The notes: generated from the letters alone by a model not told the origin. DNA of 31,428 bases from Anaerovoracaceae bacterium (GCA_036638575.1 JAVWKI010000003.1:1-31428); one strand, 5' to 3'. Shown: positions 17,169 through 25,535, numbered from the stretch's first letter. Numbers and translations: made by a program.

Positions 17169-18578
17169 ATGGAAAAACAATTTAATTTAGATAAAGAACA
17201 ACTGAACACAATCTTAACTAAGCTTACCGATGGGCTTCTGATCAGCGATAGCTCCGGTAATATTTTGTTTTGTAACGAAGCCATCGCTTCTTACTATAAT
17301 CTTACACGAACGAAGCTGCTTACCATGAAGAACTATGATCTTCTAGAGCAAGGCCTCATCGATCATTCCTTCACTGCACTGGTACTGAGCACAAAGAAGC
17401 CCATTACCTATGAGCAGCAGTGCAAGTCCGGAGAAAAATTGTTAAACAAAACCATACCCATCTTCGATCAGGCCGGCAAGGTTGTTTATGTTGTAGAGCA
17501 ATGCTATTCTGTTGCCGCACTTTTGTTTAATTCGGGCATCGGCCCAGAGGAAGAAGCTGCCGCCGAAACCTTACAAGCAGCGGGCAGTGCTGTAGAAAAA
17601 GCACCACCGCTAGCAGAGTTTAAAAGTCCCGCTATGGAAAAGCTTTATAGCTTAGCCGATCATATGGCACCAAAGAACATCAACATTTTGATTTTAGGAG
17701 ATTCCGGTACAGGCAAAACGCAATTGGCCAAACGGATTCACAATAACAGTGCCCGAAAATATGGCCCCTTTATTACCATCAACTGCTCCACCATCCCAGA
17801 AAATCTACTGGAGTCGGAGCTTTTTGGCTATACCAAGGGTGCCTTCAGTGGAGCAAATTCTTCCGGCAAGCAAGGCTTGGTGGAACTAGCCAACAACGGA
17901 ACCTTGTTCCTTGATGAAATCGGAGAGCTTCCCTTAGGTATTCAATCTAAGCTTCTCCAATTGGTTCAAGAAAAAGTATTTCTTCCCGTAGGCGGCGTTC
18001 ACCCTAAGCAAGTAGATACTCGAATCATTGCAGCCACCAATCGGGATTTGGCTTCTCAAATTGCCGAAGGCGTTTTTCGTGAAGATCTCTACTATCGTTT
18101 GGCCGTGGTAACCATTACCATGCCCCCTTTGGCGGGAAGAAAAGAAGATATCCATCGGTTAATTAAACACTTTACCAACAGATTCAATATTAAACATGAT
18201 ATGGAGGTTTCCTTTTCAAGAGAAACCATTCGGCGCCTTTGTGACTATTCCTACCCGGGAAATATTCGCGAGCTGGAACACCTGATCGAATTTTTGATCC
18301 TCAATGCCAAGGAGGAATACGTCACCCCTTATATGCTTCCTGCCAACATTCTTCATGACGAAGCAGCCTTAGATCCACCAGAGAAAATGGCCGAGCCTCC
18401 TTCTCCTGAGGATTATCACCAGGTGTCAACCTTTGATTCCTTTATCGAGGCACAGGAACGAGGACTGATTCAGAGCCTATACCCCCAGTATGGGAACTCC
18501 TATAAATTGGCCGACCGGCTAGGTATTTCACAAAGCAAAGCAAGCCGCTTGATTCGAAAATATATTAAACAGGACTAA
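17169..18578 (+). CDS. sigma54-dependent transcriptional activator (PAS + AAA+ + TyrR-like HTH)
   Basis: N-terminal PAS-like region (DGLLISDSSGNILFCNEA), Walker A GDSGTGKT, ESELFGY, GAFSGA, Walker B LFLDEIGE, IIAATNRDL, FREDLYYRL, YPGNIREL, C-terminal YKLADRLGISQSKASRLIRKY. Confidence 0.95.
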   Translation: MEKQFNLDKEQLNTILTKLTDGLLISDSSGNILFCNEAIASYYNLTRTKLLTMKNYDLLEQGLIDHSFTALVLSTKKPITYEQQCKSGEKLLNKTIPIFDQAGKVVYVVEQCYSVAALLFNSGIGPEEEAAAETLQAAGSAVEKAPPLAEFKSPAMEKLYSLADHMAPKNINILILGDSGTGKTQLAKRIHNNSARKYGPFITINCSTIPENLLESELFGYTKGAFSGANSSGKQGLVELANNGTLFLDEIGELPLGIQSKLLQLVQEKVFLPVGGVHPKQVDTRIIAATNRDLASQIAEGVFREDLYYRLAVVTITMPPLAGRKEDIHRLIKHFTNRFNIKHDMEVSFSRETIRRLCDYSYPGNIRELEHLIEFLILNAKEEYVTPYMLPANILHDEAALDPPEKMAEPPSPEDYHQVSTFDSFIEAQERGLIQSLYPQYGNSYKLADRLGISQSKASRLIRKYIKQD

Positions 18579-18599
18579 GCTTATTATCAAGATTACAAC

Positions 18600-18633
18600 A
18601 AAGACGTAGCAGATTTCTCTTGCTACGTCTTTT
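18600..18633. terminator. Bidirectional intrinsic terminator
   Basis: 12-bp inverted repeat AAAGACGTAGCA / TGCTACGTCTTT between convergent genes. Confidence 0.8.
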
Positions 18634-18664
18634 GATTTTCTTTTTATTTTGGTTTCCCCTAGGG

Positions 18665-19603
18665 TTAACCCTTACACTTAACAATGTGTTTTTCAATTAA
18701 TTTTACCGGCTTGTAGGAAAGCTTTGCCTTACGCAAATTAGGAATTCCCATGTCCTCTTCTCGATTAATGTATTTCACATTGGCTGCCATGTGCTTGCAA
18801 AACTCATTGTTAATGGCTTGATAAAGTCCTCTAAACTGCGTATTGGCTTTTTCCACATGCTCGGTCACCGTCTTTCGATCCAGATCTCCTCCAATGGCAA
18901 TGGCCTCTATCTTTCCGTCAATTAGAATCGCCCCGGCCTTGTAGCCTATGGTTTCAATATTACAAAACACGTCCTTCATGGCTTCCTCTTCCATTTTCAA
19001 CAATTCCATCTCATGGGCAGGAACGTCCTTCCGTGCGTTAAAGTCTGAAATAAATCGCATGGCATCCTCTGCCATTGCAGAGGTTAGTGGAACGTACTCA
19101 TAGTCATAGGTCTTGTGAAAATAGTTTAAATGGTTTTTCTTCCCATGATATTCTCTGCCCTTTAATTCGATCAAATCTTGTGTTCGATACACATAGTCGT
19201 AATTTGGCCGATCATCAATGTAAGAAAGCTGTCCCGGGCAGGCCTCCTTCAAGAAGTCCAACATATGCATCGGTACAAGTCTCATACTGAAGGGATAACC
19301 TTCCGCTTCAAAAATCTTCTTTGCTTCAAAGATGGTTTGGTGAAGCTTCTCCGGGTCATAGGTTCCGGTTTTGGTCAATGGAGGAAACATAAACGGCAAG
19401 ACAATGCCCTCTTCTAGTTCAAGGTGACTGATTCCTGCAATACACAGATAGTCTCCAATAATCTGCCAACTGAATTTATTAATATTTCTCCACATATACA
19501 GTGCCGAAAAGGATAAACCGGACGTCTTGTATTCAAATCCATTTAAGTATTCTTCCAAGATCTCCTTATTTTCTATGGTTATTTTCTCGCTAAACATGAA
19601 CAT
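18665..19603 (-). CDS. DUF2156 / phosphatidylglycerol lysyltransferase C-terminal-like domain protein (soluble)
   Basis: SFSALYMW, DRPNYDYVY, LKGREYHGKKNHLNYF, HVEKANTQFRGLYQAIN, YINREEDMGIPNLRKAKLSYKP. Confidence 0.88.
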   Translation of the reverse strand: MFMFSEKITIENKEILEEYLNGFEYKTSGLSFSALYMWRNINKFSWQIIGDYLCIAGISHLELEEGIVLPFMFPPLTKTGTYDPEKLHQTIFEAKKIFEAEGYPFSMRLVPMHMLDFLKEACPGQLSYIDDRPNYDYVYRTQDLIELKGREYHGKKNHLNYFHKTYDYEYVPLTSAMAEDAMRFISDFNARKDVPAHEMELLKMEEEAMKDVFCNIETIGYKAGAILIDGKIEAIAIGGDLDRKTVTEHVEKANTQFRGLYQAINNEFCKHMAANVKYINREEDMGIPNLRKAKLSYKPVKLIEKHIVKCKG

Positions 19604-19612
19604 CAAATTTAC

Positions 19613-20164
19613 CTACTTAATGATTGCAGAAATTTGTTTGAAGCCTTCTTCTTTTGCCCCGCCTACAAATTCAAACAATACTGCCTCTACGGTTGTCAAC
19701 ACTGCGCCAGACTGGGCCATTCTCTGAAATGCTGTTTTTTTGTCGTGCTTCTTTCTGGATGAACAGCAGTCGGTAGCAACAAAAACATCATAGCCTCTCT
19801 CAATTAAATCCAGAGCGGTCTGCTGAACACAAATATGGGCTTCGATACCGAAAAGAATAACGGTTTTTGCTCCTGTTTTTTCTAGCTCTGCAACAAACTC
19901 TTCCGCACCAAAAGCGCTAAATGAAGTTTTTTCGATTGGGGAAAATTCACCCAAAGCTTCCTTAATCGGTTCTATGGTATCACCAAGCCCTCTGGTGTAT
20001 TGCTGTGTAACCAAAATCGGTACATTCATCACTCTTGCACCTTTAACCATCTTGACTACAGAAGCGCAAAGCTCTTCCTCATCTCGCATAGCAGGCATCA
20101 ACCGTTCCTGGAAGTCTATAGCAATAACGGCTGTGTTGTTTTTTTCGATTTTAAAGTTCTTCAT
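19613..20164 (-). CDS. Isochorismatase/cysteine hydrolase family protein (YcaC-related)
   Basis: IDFQERL (Asp), TQQYTRGLG, EKTSFS (Lys), GIEAHICVQQT (Cys). Start at ATG 20164 after GGAGG. Confidence 0.9.
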   Translation of the reverse strand: MKNFKIEKNNTAVIAIDFQERLMPAMRDEEELCASVVKMVKGARVMNVPILVTQQYTRGLGDTIEPIKEALGEFSPIEKTSFSAFGAEEFVAELEKTGAKTVILFGIEAHICVQQTALDLIERGYDVFVATDCCSSRKKHDKKTAFQRMAQSGAVLTTVEAVLFEFVGGAKEEGFKQISAIIK

Positions 20165-20924
20165 TTTCAATCCTCCACTGTTCTATCTCTTTAATTAATC
20201 CCTTATTGGTTAAATCACATTTTAATGGGGTAATGCTCGCATAGTCTTCTTGGTCTGCAATAACATCAATGCGCGTATCCTTGCTTCGATAAATTACAGG
20301 ACTGCCATGGTACCAGTACTCCTTTTCGCCTTGTTCGTTTTCCTTTGGATTAAACCATTCCTCATATTCTCTTACCCCAAGGCGGGTATATTTAACACCT
20401 TTTATTTTCTCTTTGGGCAGGTTTGGCACGTTGATATTTAGGGTCAACACTCCATCCCCATTGGTTCTCATCTTCTGTGCGGCAGAAATTGCAAGTTCAC
20501 AAGCATAGGTAAAGTGCTCCGGCTCATGACTATTGACCGAAACCGCTACCGCTGGTTTGCCGCAAAGCGCTCCTTCTAAGGCCGCCGATACCGTCCCGGA
20601 ATAAAGGGTATCTGTTCCCAGGTTTCCCCCATGGTTAATTCCCGCAAAGACCATATCTATCTCTATCTTTTGTTGTTCCAAATAGCGCAAGCCTAGCTTT
20701 ACACAATCTGCCGGAGTACCGCTGATTTCCAGCCCCTTAACGGCATGTTCAAAGTCTACTTCCTTAATGGTAATGGGTTTTCCCACCGTAATCCCATGTC
20801 CGGTAGCACTTCTTTGTGTATGTGGTGCAGCAACATATACATCGGCTATTGACGATAATGCTTCTACCAATCTTGCAATACCTTCCGCCTTTATGCCATC
20901 GTCATTGGCAACCAAAATTTTCAT
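20151..20924 (-). CDS. surE: 5'/3'-nucleotidase SurE
   Basis: ILVANDDGI, APHTQRSATG, SGTPADCV, GINHGGNLG, YSGTVSAA, ASITPL. Confidence 0.96.
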   Translation of the reverse strand: MKILVANDDGIKAEGIARLVEALSSIADVYVAAPHTQRSATGHGITVGKPITIKEVDFEHAVKGLEISGTPADCVKLGLRYLEQQKIEIDMVFAGINHGGNLGTDTLYSGTVSAALEGALCGKPAVAVSVNSHEPEHFTYACELAISAAQKMRTNGDGVLTLNINVPNLPKEKIKGVKYTRLGVREYEEWFNPKENEQGEKEYWYHGSPVIYRSKDTRIDVIADQEDYASITPLKCDLTNKGLIKEIEQWRIENEEL

Positions 20925-21114
20925 TTTTCTATCTCCCTTTTCTTCACATTGATTTCTTTTTTTATCTTAGTATATTTTCCCCTTTAAATATGCCCATTTC
21001 TAGGGGTTCATACTAAAGTTTTATCTCCGGTTTCCCTTTTCAATACTATTGTTCTACATACATTTCCCTCGGGAAGTGTTAATTTTATATCATAAATCTA
21101 CAGGAGGTAAAATT

Positions 21115-21429
21115 ATGCTAAACGAACAAGTTATCAAAAGTTACATCGGGAGTGAGCACACCCAAGAGTTGGAAGCACTTTCCGCGAACATTGCAGCCGC
21201 AGGTTTTCCTAAGGTTAATCTCAAAAGTCCTAAACTGACATTGGTTCTATCCATCATCCTAGGCTTTCTTGGCCTTGATAGACTGTACCAAGGTGGGATC
21301 AAGATGTTTGCCTACAAACTGCTGATGATCGTCTTCACCTTTGGAATTTGGTGGATTGCAGACATTTACTTCTGCAGAAAAGCAACAGAAGAAGATAATT
21401 ATAATAAACTGGCTAGCATCACAGCTTAA
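21115..21429 (+). CDS. TM2 domain-containing small membrane protein
   Basis: LSIILGFLGLDRLYQG...FTFGIWWIADI is the TM2 pattern. Start at ATG 21115 after AGGAGG (104 aa). Confidence 0.85.
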   Translation: MLNEQVIKSYIGSEHTQELEALSANIAAAGFPKVNLKSPKLTLVLSIILGFLGLDRLYQGGIKMFAYKLLMIVFTFGIWWIADIYFCRKATEEDNYNKLASITA

Positions 21430-21462
21430 CGGCTTCTGTCAAAAACATTAAACTTATCGGAT

Positions 21463-21486
21463 AAATGGGTAGACTTCTACCCATTT
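21463..21486. terminator. Terminator hairpin between TM2 gene and convergent luxR-type gene
   Basis: AAATGGGTAG-ACTT-CTACCCATTT (10-bp stem), overlapping the luxR stop codon. Confidence 0.7.
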
Positions 21487-22418
21487 TCTTTATGTATAAT
21501 TCCATTTACACCCCCACGGTTTTTAATATTTAGCTTTTTGAAAATATTATAAATGTGGGTTTTTACTGTGCTTTCGGAAATATACAATTCTGCTGCAATT
21601 TCACTATTGCTTTTTCCTCTATAAATCAGTACCACCAAGTCTTTTTCTCTTGTGGTTAAGTCATACTCTCTGGCTAGCTCATCCATGCGCAAATCCAGGT
21701 CAAAGGCCTTAGGCTCTTCCTTGTATACCTCTGAAAAATCCACCTTGTAAATGAAGTAGACGTTTGCCAGGTTGACAATGAACCAAAAGATAATGGTTAA
21801 GTCCAGTGGTTCTCTAATGAATCTGCTGTTTCCCCAGTATACTGAAGCCTCTCCCCAAAAAAACGAACCATAGTTCCAAAGGAGCATGGCGGTAACCACC
21901 AGCATGTAACGCATTTCGTTCTTTTTTTGCAGCAAAACTCCTCGGCTCATGTAAATGACACTTCCCACCAAAAGCAATAAGATTAATACTACATCGGTAA
22001 CCAAAAGCAGCCATCTTAGGGTATAAAAGTACTTTATAGAAAGCACGAAAGAGGATATGCACCAAAGAGAAGCATAAACGATAACGTAAATCTTCACATT
22101 TTTGTTAAAAAACGCAAAGGTTTTTTCCCCAATAATTTTTTGTTGAAGATTAATCCATAAGTAAAATAATATTGCAATTATACAGCTTCCGATTCTTAGG
22201 ACAAAGGTATTGGTCATCCCACCGATGACGTAGCCTGTGTAATAAATCAGCATATCATAAAGACTCATGATCAAAAGTACGATAATGAAGTACTTCAACG
22301 CACCATTTAATTCTGTTTTTTTCTTTTTACCGGACAAAAATATCATCGTGATGCTCCCAATGCTCAAAAATATTGCTACCATGTAGCAGAGCAAAATGGC
22401 ATTTTCGACTATTTTCAT
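21477..22418 (-). CDS. Membrane-anchored LuxR-family transcriptional regulator
   Basis: About 7 hydrophobic helices in residues 1-225. C-terminal LTTREKDLVVLIYRGKSNSEIAAELYISESTVKTHIYNIFKKL is a LuxR HTH. Confidence 0.9.
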   Translation of the reverse strand: MKIVENAILLCYMVAIFLSIGSITMIFLSGKKKKTELNGALKYFIIVLLIMSLYDMLIYYTGYVIGGMTNTFVLRIGSCIIAILFYLWINLQQKIIGEKTFAFFNKNVKIYVIVYASLWCISSFVLSIKYFYTLRWLLLVTDVVLILLLLVGSVIYMSRGVLLQKKNEMRYMLVVTAMLLWNYGSFFWGEASVYWGNSRFIREPLDLTIIFWFIVNLANVYFIYKVDFSEVYKEEPKAFDLDLRMDELAREYDLTTREKDLVVLIYRGKSNSEIAAELYISESTVKTHIYNIFKKLNIKNRGGVNGIIHKENG

Positions 22419-22456
22419 TGTTTATCAGCTCCTTTACTAAATCGCGTCCAGTTGTT

Positions 22457-22485
22457 ATTGTACCACATTTATCTCCATACGCCAA
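22457..22485 (-). promoter_or_regulatory. Candidate sigmaA promoter of the LuxR-type gene
   Basis: Minus strand TTGGCG-17 nt-TACAAT with extended -10 TG. The -35 overlaps the terminator arm. Confidence 0.6.
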
Positions 22486-22512
22486 GAAACTCGGGTGCCC
22501 CCGAGTTTCTTG
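22483..22512 (-). terminator. Intrinsic terminator downstream of sirtuin and its intergenic region
   Basis: Perfect 13-bp stem CAAGAAACTCGGG / CCCGAGTTTCTTG with a 4-nt loop. The U-tract is short. Confidence 0.7.
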
Positions 22513-22664
22513 ATATTACTTAATACTTTTTTCGGCAATCGTTCAGTGATAAAATTCCCCCTGTTGCCGCTTACTTTTACTCCGTAATTTTATCTGCTTT
22601 TTCCTTTTGCAGCAAGGCCATAAAAGTTGTAAATTCACCCTAGCTGCCTCAAACTATAGTATGA

Positions 22665-23402
22665 TTACAGTCCCATTACACTACCAAGCACTTGGCCAAT
22701 TTTTTCATTAAGCTGCAAATCTACATTAACGCTATGGGCGGTTTTGCTTTTGTTGATCAGCACCACCTTGTCCCCGCGAAAGTAGTTCACAAAGCTGGCC
22801 GCCGGATACACCACCAGTGATGTACCGCCAATAATCAAGGTGTCTGCCTTACTGATGGCCTTCACCGCTCCCTGGATCACCTTATCGTCAAGAGCCTCTT
22901 CATAAAGCACCACATCCGGTTTTACAATGCCTCCGCATTTACGGCAAATAGGAACGCCCGTCCTACAGTTTTCTTTGCCCAAAACATAATCCAGATCATA
23001 GGCCTCCCCGCAAGTCATGCAAAAATTCCTCAGGACAGATCCATGAAGCTCGTATACGTTTTTGCTTCCTGCAAGCTGGTGCAGTCCATCAATGTTTTGT
23101 GTCACCACAGCCGATAGCTTCCCCTGTGCCTCAAGCTGTGCAAGTGCCAGGTGTGCCTTATTGGGCTTCGCCTCCGGATAGATTAAATTTTTCTTGTAAT
23201 AATCAAAAAAAGTTTCCGTATCCTCCATGAAGAAGCTATGGGAGATCATTTCTTCGGGGGATTTCCCATAATCGGTCTGTGCCTGATAAAGCCCTGCTTC
23301 CGAACGAAAATCCGGAATATTGCTCTCTGTGGATACTCCCGCTCCCCCAAAGAAAACAATATTGTTGCTTTCTTCTATAATTTTTTTTAATTCTTCATAC
23401 AT
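22665..23402 (-). CDS. cobB: NAD-dependent protein deacylase (Sir2/CobB family)
   Basis: GGAGVSTESNIPDFRS, TQNIDGLHQ, HGS, two CxxC zinc motifs, KPDVVLY, GTSLVVYPA. Start at ATG 23402 after GGAGG. Confidence 0.95.
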   Translation of the reverse strand: MYEELKKIIEESNNIVFFGGAGVSTESNIPDFRSEAGLYQAQTDYGKSPEEMISHSFFMEDTETFFDYYKKNLIYPEAKPNKAHLALAQLEAQGKLSAVVTQNIDGLHQLAGSKNVYELHGSVLRNFCMTCGEAYDLDYVLGKENCRTGVPICRKCGGIVKPDVVLYEEALDDKVIQGAVKAISKADTLIIGGTSLVVYPAASFVNYFRGDKVVLINKSKTAHSVNVDLQLNEKIGQVLGSVMGL

Positions 23403-23449
23403 TTTTCTGCCCTCCTTGCGCCTAATTATACCACAAAATTCAAGGATGT

Positions 23450-24184
23450 TTATTGCATTTCCGTCAGGTGCTTCCAGTATCTTATCGGCATAAAGTTTTT
23501 CTGGCATCTTGGATTGGTTCGCTCCTTAATGGCAATGGTATCAAAGTAATTTTTCCAAAGCGTCCGGTAAAGTTCTTCCTCCTCCCCTATGGGCGGTAGG
23601 TCTTCTTTGGTAAATTTAGAAATATACCATTCTCCCTTTGCGGAAATTAAGGCCTTTTCTCGCTTGAGATCGTGGATAATAAAGGCTTCCTCACGGAATC
23701 GATCGCAAAAATGATCGGCCAAAAATTCCACCACATCATGATCCGGCTCTATGGGGCTGTAAAGAACTTGGTTGTTTAACAAGGTAAATCGAATAAGTCC
23801 GGTGAGCCGATGAATTTCATTGTTTACCTTTTTTTCCGCTTTTTGTACCTCAAACACAATGGGATGCCCATGAAACATACTGGTTCCGCTGCCATGGTTA
23901 AATCCAAAGCGAACATAATTCAAGATCTTGGTTTCCTTATCCTCTACCGACGAACGGTACACCTTATAAATCCGCCCCAAATCGTAAGCAGAAATTTTTT
24001 GGGCGATCGCCCCATAAACGATATCGCTTTTGTCCTCTTCTGTTTCTTGAACCTTAAATCCACCCAGTAGCCCTGATTGATATTCTTCTTGGGGGTAAAT
24101 GCCGGTGGCTTTTTCACCGTAATAGTGATAATAAATGCAGGTCAGTAGCCCCTCAAATGTACCATCATACAAATAGTCAACCAT
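23450..24184 (-). CDS. Putative DNA repair protein (TIGR03915/DUF4130 type), no UDG domain
   Basis: YLYDGTFEGLLTCIY, EIHRLTGLIRF, IEPDHDV, HFCDRF, IIHDLKR, WKNYFDTIAIKERTNPRCQKNFMPIRYWKHLTEM. Overlaps the radical SAM gene. Confidence 0.88.
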   Translation of the reverse strand: MVDYLYDGTFEGLLTCIYYHYYGEKATGIYPQEEYQSGLLGGFKVQETEEDKSDIVYGAIAQKISAYDLGRIYKVYRSSVEDKETKILNYVRFGFNHGSGTSMFHGHPIVFEVQKAEKKVNNEIHRLTGLIRFTLLNNQVLYSPIEPDHDVVEFLADHFCDRFREEAFIIHDLKREKALISAKGEWYISKFTKEDLPPIGEEEELYRTLWKNYFDTIAIKERTNPRCQKNFMPIRYWKHLTEMQ

Positions 24185-25535
24185 TTAATTTATTTCCTCC
24201 CGATAGTTTTCCCATTCCTTGATTAAACAAAGATAGCTGCACTCCGTCCCTAGTCTCTAGAAGTTGGTCTCTGATTTTTTCCGGGGTGAAGCTTCCCTCA
24301 CCGTAGTATTTCCCCTTGCAAGTAATAAAGTGTCTCGCCCGCTTCACCACTACGCCAATTTTTTTTAGGTCCTCATAGCCTACTGCTGCCAGCTTCCGTT
24401 GACGAATAATTCTAAGCGCAGACAAGGTCCCTACCCCCGGAATGCGTAGGAGTTCCTCCATGGACGCCCGATTGATTTCCATGGGAAACATGGATAGATG
24501 CCGTAGGGCCCAGCTAACCTTGGGATCTACCTCCGTATCCAGGTTCGCCTGTCCCTGTGCAAATAACTCATCTGCAGAAAACCCATAAAATCGCAGTAGC
24601 CAATCCGCCTGATATAGTCGATGCTCTCGTGCAAGGGGCGGTGCGGTAAACACATCGGGCAAAATTTCCGACTTTACCACCGGAACATAGGCACTGTAAT
24701 AAACCCGCTTCATCTTGAAGGTGCGGTATAAATTCTCACCGGTTTTGATAATCTGCCGATCCGTTTCCGTCCCTGCACCCACCATCATTTGCGTAGTTTG
24801 CCCTGCGGGAGCAAAGGTTTCCTTTTTGCGCTTACCTAGAGCCGGCAAATACTCCTGTGCCTGTTCTCGCAAATAATTGCTCTCTTGGTTTAAATCCTTG
24901 CCCTTAAACATGTTTCCCGGACCCTTAAGGGACTTATATTCAATTAAGGTATTGGTAATTTGTTTCATGGGAGAAAAAATCCCTTGAATTGTTTTTTGCG
25001 GGGCAAGAAGCTGCAAGGATTCTCTGCTGGGAAGCTCCGCATTGACACTTAACCGATCTGCTTCTAAGCCGATTTGATGGACCAGCTCCGGGCTAACTCC
25101 CGGAATAATTTTGGCGTGAATATACCCTGCAAAGCCATATTGGTGACGCAAAATCCGCAAGCTTTCTAAGATTCGCTCTGCCGTATGATCCGGAGATACC
25201 TCCACCGCCGAGCTTAAAAACAAGCCCTCAATGTAGTTTCTCCGGTAAAACTCTATGGTTAGCTTGGCCAGCTCCGCCGGTTCAAAGGATGCCCGCTCTA
25301 CCTGACTGCTCCGCCGATTCACACAATAAGCACAGTCGTAAACACAATTATTGGTAAATAAAATTTTCAATAGGGAAATACATCGGCCATCCGCTGACCA
25401 AGAATGGCAAATTCCTGCTTCTACCGCGCTTCCGATCTTGCCGTTGTTCTTCCTTCCCGTACCGCTAGTTGAACAAGAAACATCATATTTGGCACTTTCT
25501 GCCAAAATTCGTAATTTATCATAGATTGCGTCCAC
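24177..25535 (-). CDS. Putative DNA modification/repair radical SAM protein (TIGR03916 type, with HhH)
   Basis: AKYDVSCSTSG, GICHSWSADGRCISLLK, CVYDCAYC (CX3CX2C), PAGQTTQMMVGA, REHRLYQADWLLRFYGF, HhH ELLRIPGVG. GTG start after AGGAGG. Confidence 0.93.
   Translation of the reverse strand: MDAIYDKLRILAESAKYDVSCSTSGTGRKNNGKIGSAVEAGICHSWSADGRCISLLKILFTNNCVYDCAYCVNRRSSQVERASFEPAELAKLTIEFYRRNYIEGLFLSSAVEVSPDHTAERILESLRILRHQYGFAGYIHAKIIPGVSPELVHQIGLEADRLSVNAELPSRESLQLLAPQKTIQGIFSPMKQITNTLIEYKSLKGPGNMFKGKDLNQESNYLREQAQEYLPALGKRKKETFAPAGQTTQMMVGAGTETDRQIIKTGENLYRTFKMKRVYYSAYVPVVKSEILPDVFTAPPLAREHRLYQADWLLRFYGFSADELFAQGQANLDTEVDPKVSWALRHLSMFPMEINRASMEELLRIPGVGTLSALRIIRQRKLAAVGYEDLKKIGVVVKRARHFITCKGKYYGEGSFTPEKIRDQLLETRDGVQLSLFNQGMGKLSGGNKLNG

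Noticed and set aside
22513-22660. Lysine, T-box, cobalamin, c-di-GMP or raiA RNA assignment for the cobB-luxR intergenic region
   Set aside because: Only isolated words match (GAGG, AGGGGGAA, GCCGAA, AGGGTG). The required helices and spacing are missing, and the next gene has its own promoter after the hairpin.
23403-23507. N-terminal extension of cobB given by the ORF track (start 23507)
   Set aside because: It overlaps the DUF4130 gene out of frame. A GGAGG RBS supports ATG 23402, and the sirtuin fold starts there.
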